A stretch of DNA of 64,000 bases, from the NCBI GenBank assembly GCA_965262915.1, contig OZ253564.1, forward strand, positions 4,352,001-4,416,000, given 5' to 3'. Position numbers and translations under genes: made by a program. Shown here piece by piece: positions 61,143-64,000 of this stretch. The DNA comes from Candidatus Spongiisociaceae bacterium (GTDB lineage: Bacteria > Actinomycetota > Acidimicrobiia > Spongiisociales > Spongiisociaceae). Numbering within the stretch: the first letter of the stretch is position 1; each line of letters begins with the position of its first letter. A model generated the notes under the pieces. It was not told where the DNA came from, made no database searches, and saw nothing but the letters and a program-made list of their open reading frames with translations.

Positions 61143-61595
61143 CTACGCCCCGTCTACGACGGCACCGCCGGCGGTGTGTCTGTCAGCACAGCCCACAGTC
61201 ATCGCCCCGGGCATGTGACGAAACGGGTCCGGCAGTAGCAGCCACACCACAGCGATGAGGAACAGCGGGCCGAGAGCGACCACCTCCCACGACAGCCCGC
61301 GGAGGAGCACCACCCCTATCGCACCTGGCACGGCGAACGCCGCTGCAGCGCCGCGGGCCAGGGTCCGAAAGTAGGCCTGGATCCCGCTCAGCAGTAGATT
61401 GGCAGACCCGAAAGCCACAACCAAGCGCCACAGCGGCGCAGGGTCCTCGCCGGCTTGGCCCACATAGACCAAGAGGTAGCCCATCCCTGCCTGGAAGGTT
61501 TCCCAGAACGCCAACGTACACAGCGCCCCGAGAACGGTGTACGTCAGCAGTTGCCCGGGCAGGTAGACGGCATCGAAGAAGGCCCTCCACCACAA
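61143..61595 (-). CDS. Hypothetical membrane protein
   Basis: Four hydrophobic segments. Confidence 0.55.
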   Translation of the reverse strand: MWWRAFFDAVYLPGQLLTYTVLGALCTLAFWETFQAGMGYLLVYVGQAGEDPAPLWRLVVAFGSANLLLSGIQAYFRTLARGAAAAFAVPGAIGVVLLRGLSWEVVALGPLFLIAVVWLLLPDPFRHMPGAMTVGCADRHTAGGAVVDGA

Positions 61596-61627
61596 GGGAG
61601 ACGTGGGACGAGGGAGGCTAAAGGGGT

Positions 61628-62137
61628 TCAGCTGGATACAGCCTGTTGCCCTGGAGACTGCTCGGCCGTACCGCCGACGGGCGGGAACATCTCCACGGTT
61701 TCCCCTACGAGATCGTCGCGGACCTGACCCACCGCTATGGCGAACACGCCTTGCCCTCGGCGGAGCACGTTCATCAGGTGGCGCTGCGTCTCGGCAGGGT
61801 GGGAGCCCAGCCAGATGTCGATGCCATCGGACAGCAGCGTGGACTCGTGGAGGGAGCTGCCGTCGGGCATCTCGGCCCTGAGCCAGTCAACCGCCTTGCG
61901 GATCTTGGCGAGGCTGACCCCGGTGGCGCGCAGCCGCTTGACGACACGCAACCGCACGAGGTCCAAGAACGAGTACAAGCGCAGGCTGCCTGAGCCGTCG
62001 GCGGCCTGTAGGGAAGGCACTATCAGCCCCGTCCTGGCCCAATAGTCAAGCTGGCGGTAGGAGATCCCGACGATCTTGCAGACTTGCGGTGCCCGGTACC
62101 CGTCAGTGGGGATGTTCGTCGAACTCAAAAGAACCAC
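61628..62137 (-). CDS. MerR-family regulator (Rv1830-like)
   Basis: GYRAPQVC..GISYRQLDYWARTGL..GSGSLRLYSF.D; GQGVFAIA. Confidence 0.85.
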   Translation of the reverse strand: MVLLSSTNIPTDGYRAPQVCKIVGISYRQLDYWARTGLIVPSLQAADGSGSLRLYSFLDLVRLRVVKRLRATGVSLAKIRKAVDWLRAEMPDGSSLHESTLLSDGIDIWLGSHPAETQRHLMNVLRRGQGVFAIAVGQVRDDLVGETVEMFPPVGGTAEQSPGQQAVSS

Positions 62138-62339
62138 TCCTTATAGCGTGACCGCCCCACTAAGAAGGGTCACGGGTTGGCAAGGACGGCCTACACGGCC
62201 GTAATTCCACCTGCGTCACGGACCATAACATGGGCTTATCTACACCGGTCTGCCAAGGCGTCCGACGGCGGCCGCAAGCTTCGGCAGCCCTGGGCGGAGC
62301 AGCTCGGACAGATGGTGTCAGCAGCCACCCTGGTCAGTA

Positions 62340-63270
62340 CCCTCGGGTCAGGGCTGACCGCCATACCTCATGCTGGACTCCAACGACGCGGGGCAGAGGA
62401 CCGTCGAGTTCCAAGAAGATAAACCAGGTGCTCCAGTCGGCGGCGTTTGGTTCCGGGTCGTCCCCTCAGCTGTACATGGCCACATGGGCGAAGTTCGCGA
62501 AGGCCGTCGACACTTCACTACGCCCGCCGATGCCGCCACCGACGACGACGAACTCGGTCTCCACGTTGTGGTAGTGGGCCAGGAAAGGAACGGCTATCAG
62601 CTCGGCAGCCGAGGGCCGGGCACCGTTACCGGCTCGATGGAGTCTCGCCCCGAAGTCCCAGGTCGCGATTGGCGTCTTGTCGTCGAACATGGTGGGTAGC
62701 TGGTCGGGCTTCCACCAGTGGTGTTGACGATCATCGAAACTACCCAGACCTGATCATCGAAAATCCCCGCCATGAGACCGCATCGGCCAGATCGCCGGCG
62801 CGTAACAGCGCCTCCACGAACCGGTCCAGGGCCGTCTCCCAGTCCCACACAGCTGTCACTTCCTCGTCGGCCCAGGTCTCTGTGATGTAGCGTCCGTGGA
62901 CCCACCCTGTGATCTCCCCCGCAGTGACTTCGTACCACGGGCGGCCGTCCACGGAGGACACCCGCCCGGTCGGGAACACCTTGATTTGGGTGCGGTGCAG
63001 GGTGCCCAGGATTGGGCCGGCCACTCCCGGCCACTCCCGAACGTTCAGGGCACCTCAATCAGAGGGTCTATCAGTACGACACCCCAGCTCCGGGGTTCCG
63101 GAGCGGCGGCACACTGTCGGGTCGGGGGTTGGTTCGGTGGTGGCTCCTGGTCTGGTGGAGTTGGGTGGGGTGAACGCGGGTGGCTCGACGGGCTGCTCCT
63201 CCGGCCGGGGGGCTCTCGGGTCAGCGCAGGCGATGCTCAGAAGCACACACCAGAACCACGAGACATCGAC
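62340..63270 (-). pseudogene. SH3-domain lipoprotein, degraded
   Basis: LLSIAC lipobox, Pro-rich linker, LNVREWPG..WYEV..GWV SH3, spread over several frames with stops. Confidence 0.55.
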
Positions 63271-63659
63271 GGCGGTGGACAGAGACGGCTTCCACGAGCG
63301 CCAGTTTGCCACACCCCGGTCTCTGACCGTGCAATCCACAACGGTCGGGCTGTCTAGGTCATGCCAGCAGGCTCCCGGCCCTTACATCGGCTTCGAGGCG
63401 TTTGGGTTAGGTTGGTTAACGATCTCGAGGGCGGTGTCGGCTTGTGTCGGTCCGTTTCCGGCGGAAACGTTGCCTGGGTTCTGGCCGGTGTTAGATTCCC
63501 TTTAGTAGTGAATTCCGTCGTCTAGGGAGGTTCGGGGTGCCATACCAGTCGTTGCACGCCGGAGCGAGGGGCGGCGTGTGGGATCGGCGTCTGCCTGAGC
63601 TGCCGATGAAGCCCGCCGAGCCGGGCGAGCCCGATCTGGAGTGGGTCCCACAGCCTCCT

Positions 63660-64000
63660 ATGACCGCGGCGGTGCTGCCCCCGATGATGGTGGTTCCCGA
63701 CCCGCGCGGCCCGTACCGGTATCCTTTGTTGCAGTTCATATTCGACTGGAACCGTTACCCCGACCGCGCCGGGCGGATAGCCGAGGCTCCTTGCTATGAC
63801 GGTGACGATCCGGTCCTGTTGCCTGCGATCGCGGTGGTGGTACACGCTTTGGCTGAACGTGACGGCGTACCGGTACCGGAGTGGGTGTTCGACCATCGCG
63901 CTCCCGATGTGATAGTCCTGTTCTTACGAAACCCTGACAGTGACTACGGCCTTTGGCTTCGCCGCCGCTCTGTGCCACAGTCGGCCTACCACCGGGTACA
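63660..64000 (+). CDS. Hypothetical protein, runs off window edge
   Basis: MTAAVLPP..LLQFIFDW..AVVVHALAERDGVPVPEWV; open to the end. Confidence 0.55.
   Translation, partial: MTAAVLPPMMVVPDPRGPYRYPLLQFIFDWNRYPDRAGRIAEAPCYDGDDPVLLPAIAVVVHALAERDGVPVPEWVFDHRAPDVIVLFLRNPDSDYGLWLRRRSVPQSAYHRV

Noticed and set aside
62370-62699. 109-aa + strand ORF
   Set aside because: Likely shadow of the minus-strand SH3 lipoprotein pseudogene
1-64000. tRNA/rRNA genes
   Set aside because: None recognised by eye

Overview
High-GC actinobacterial DNA (Acidimicrobiia-like by gene content; inference). Bases 1-25.5 kb are mostly housekeeping: a surface-glycan cluster, tkt, TlpA/DsbB, a LexA-boxed HNH gene, two acyl-CoA ligases, a RecB-like nuclease and gdhA, with several MITEs sitting at TAG stop codons. 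From the gdhA start (~25.55 kb) to the window end lies a mosaic island with defence/TA cargo (DUF3800 plus RNA, GmrSD, HTH-PIN, Ubl/E2-E1/DUF6527, MNT-HEPN, C5-MTase with GHKL-REase, Shedu) and ISL3, IS110, IS1380 and Tn3 elements. The main observation is a XerC/D-type (non-IntI) tyrosine recombinase at 40824-41813. It points away from co-oriented genes punctuated by directly repeated 9-6-9 palindromic sites (CAA-TGGGCA-TTG core) and has an attI-like proximal site with two accessory repeats, i.e. an apparent integron-like cassette platform. Also notable: an IS110 whose left end carries guides matching the ISL3 terminal repeat it sits in, and an IS1380-bounded inversion that splits the methyltransferase. 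All family assignments come from motif recognition, not database searches.
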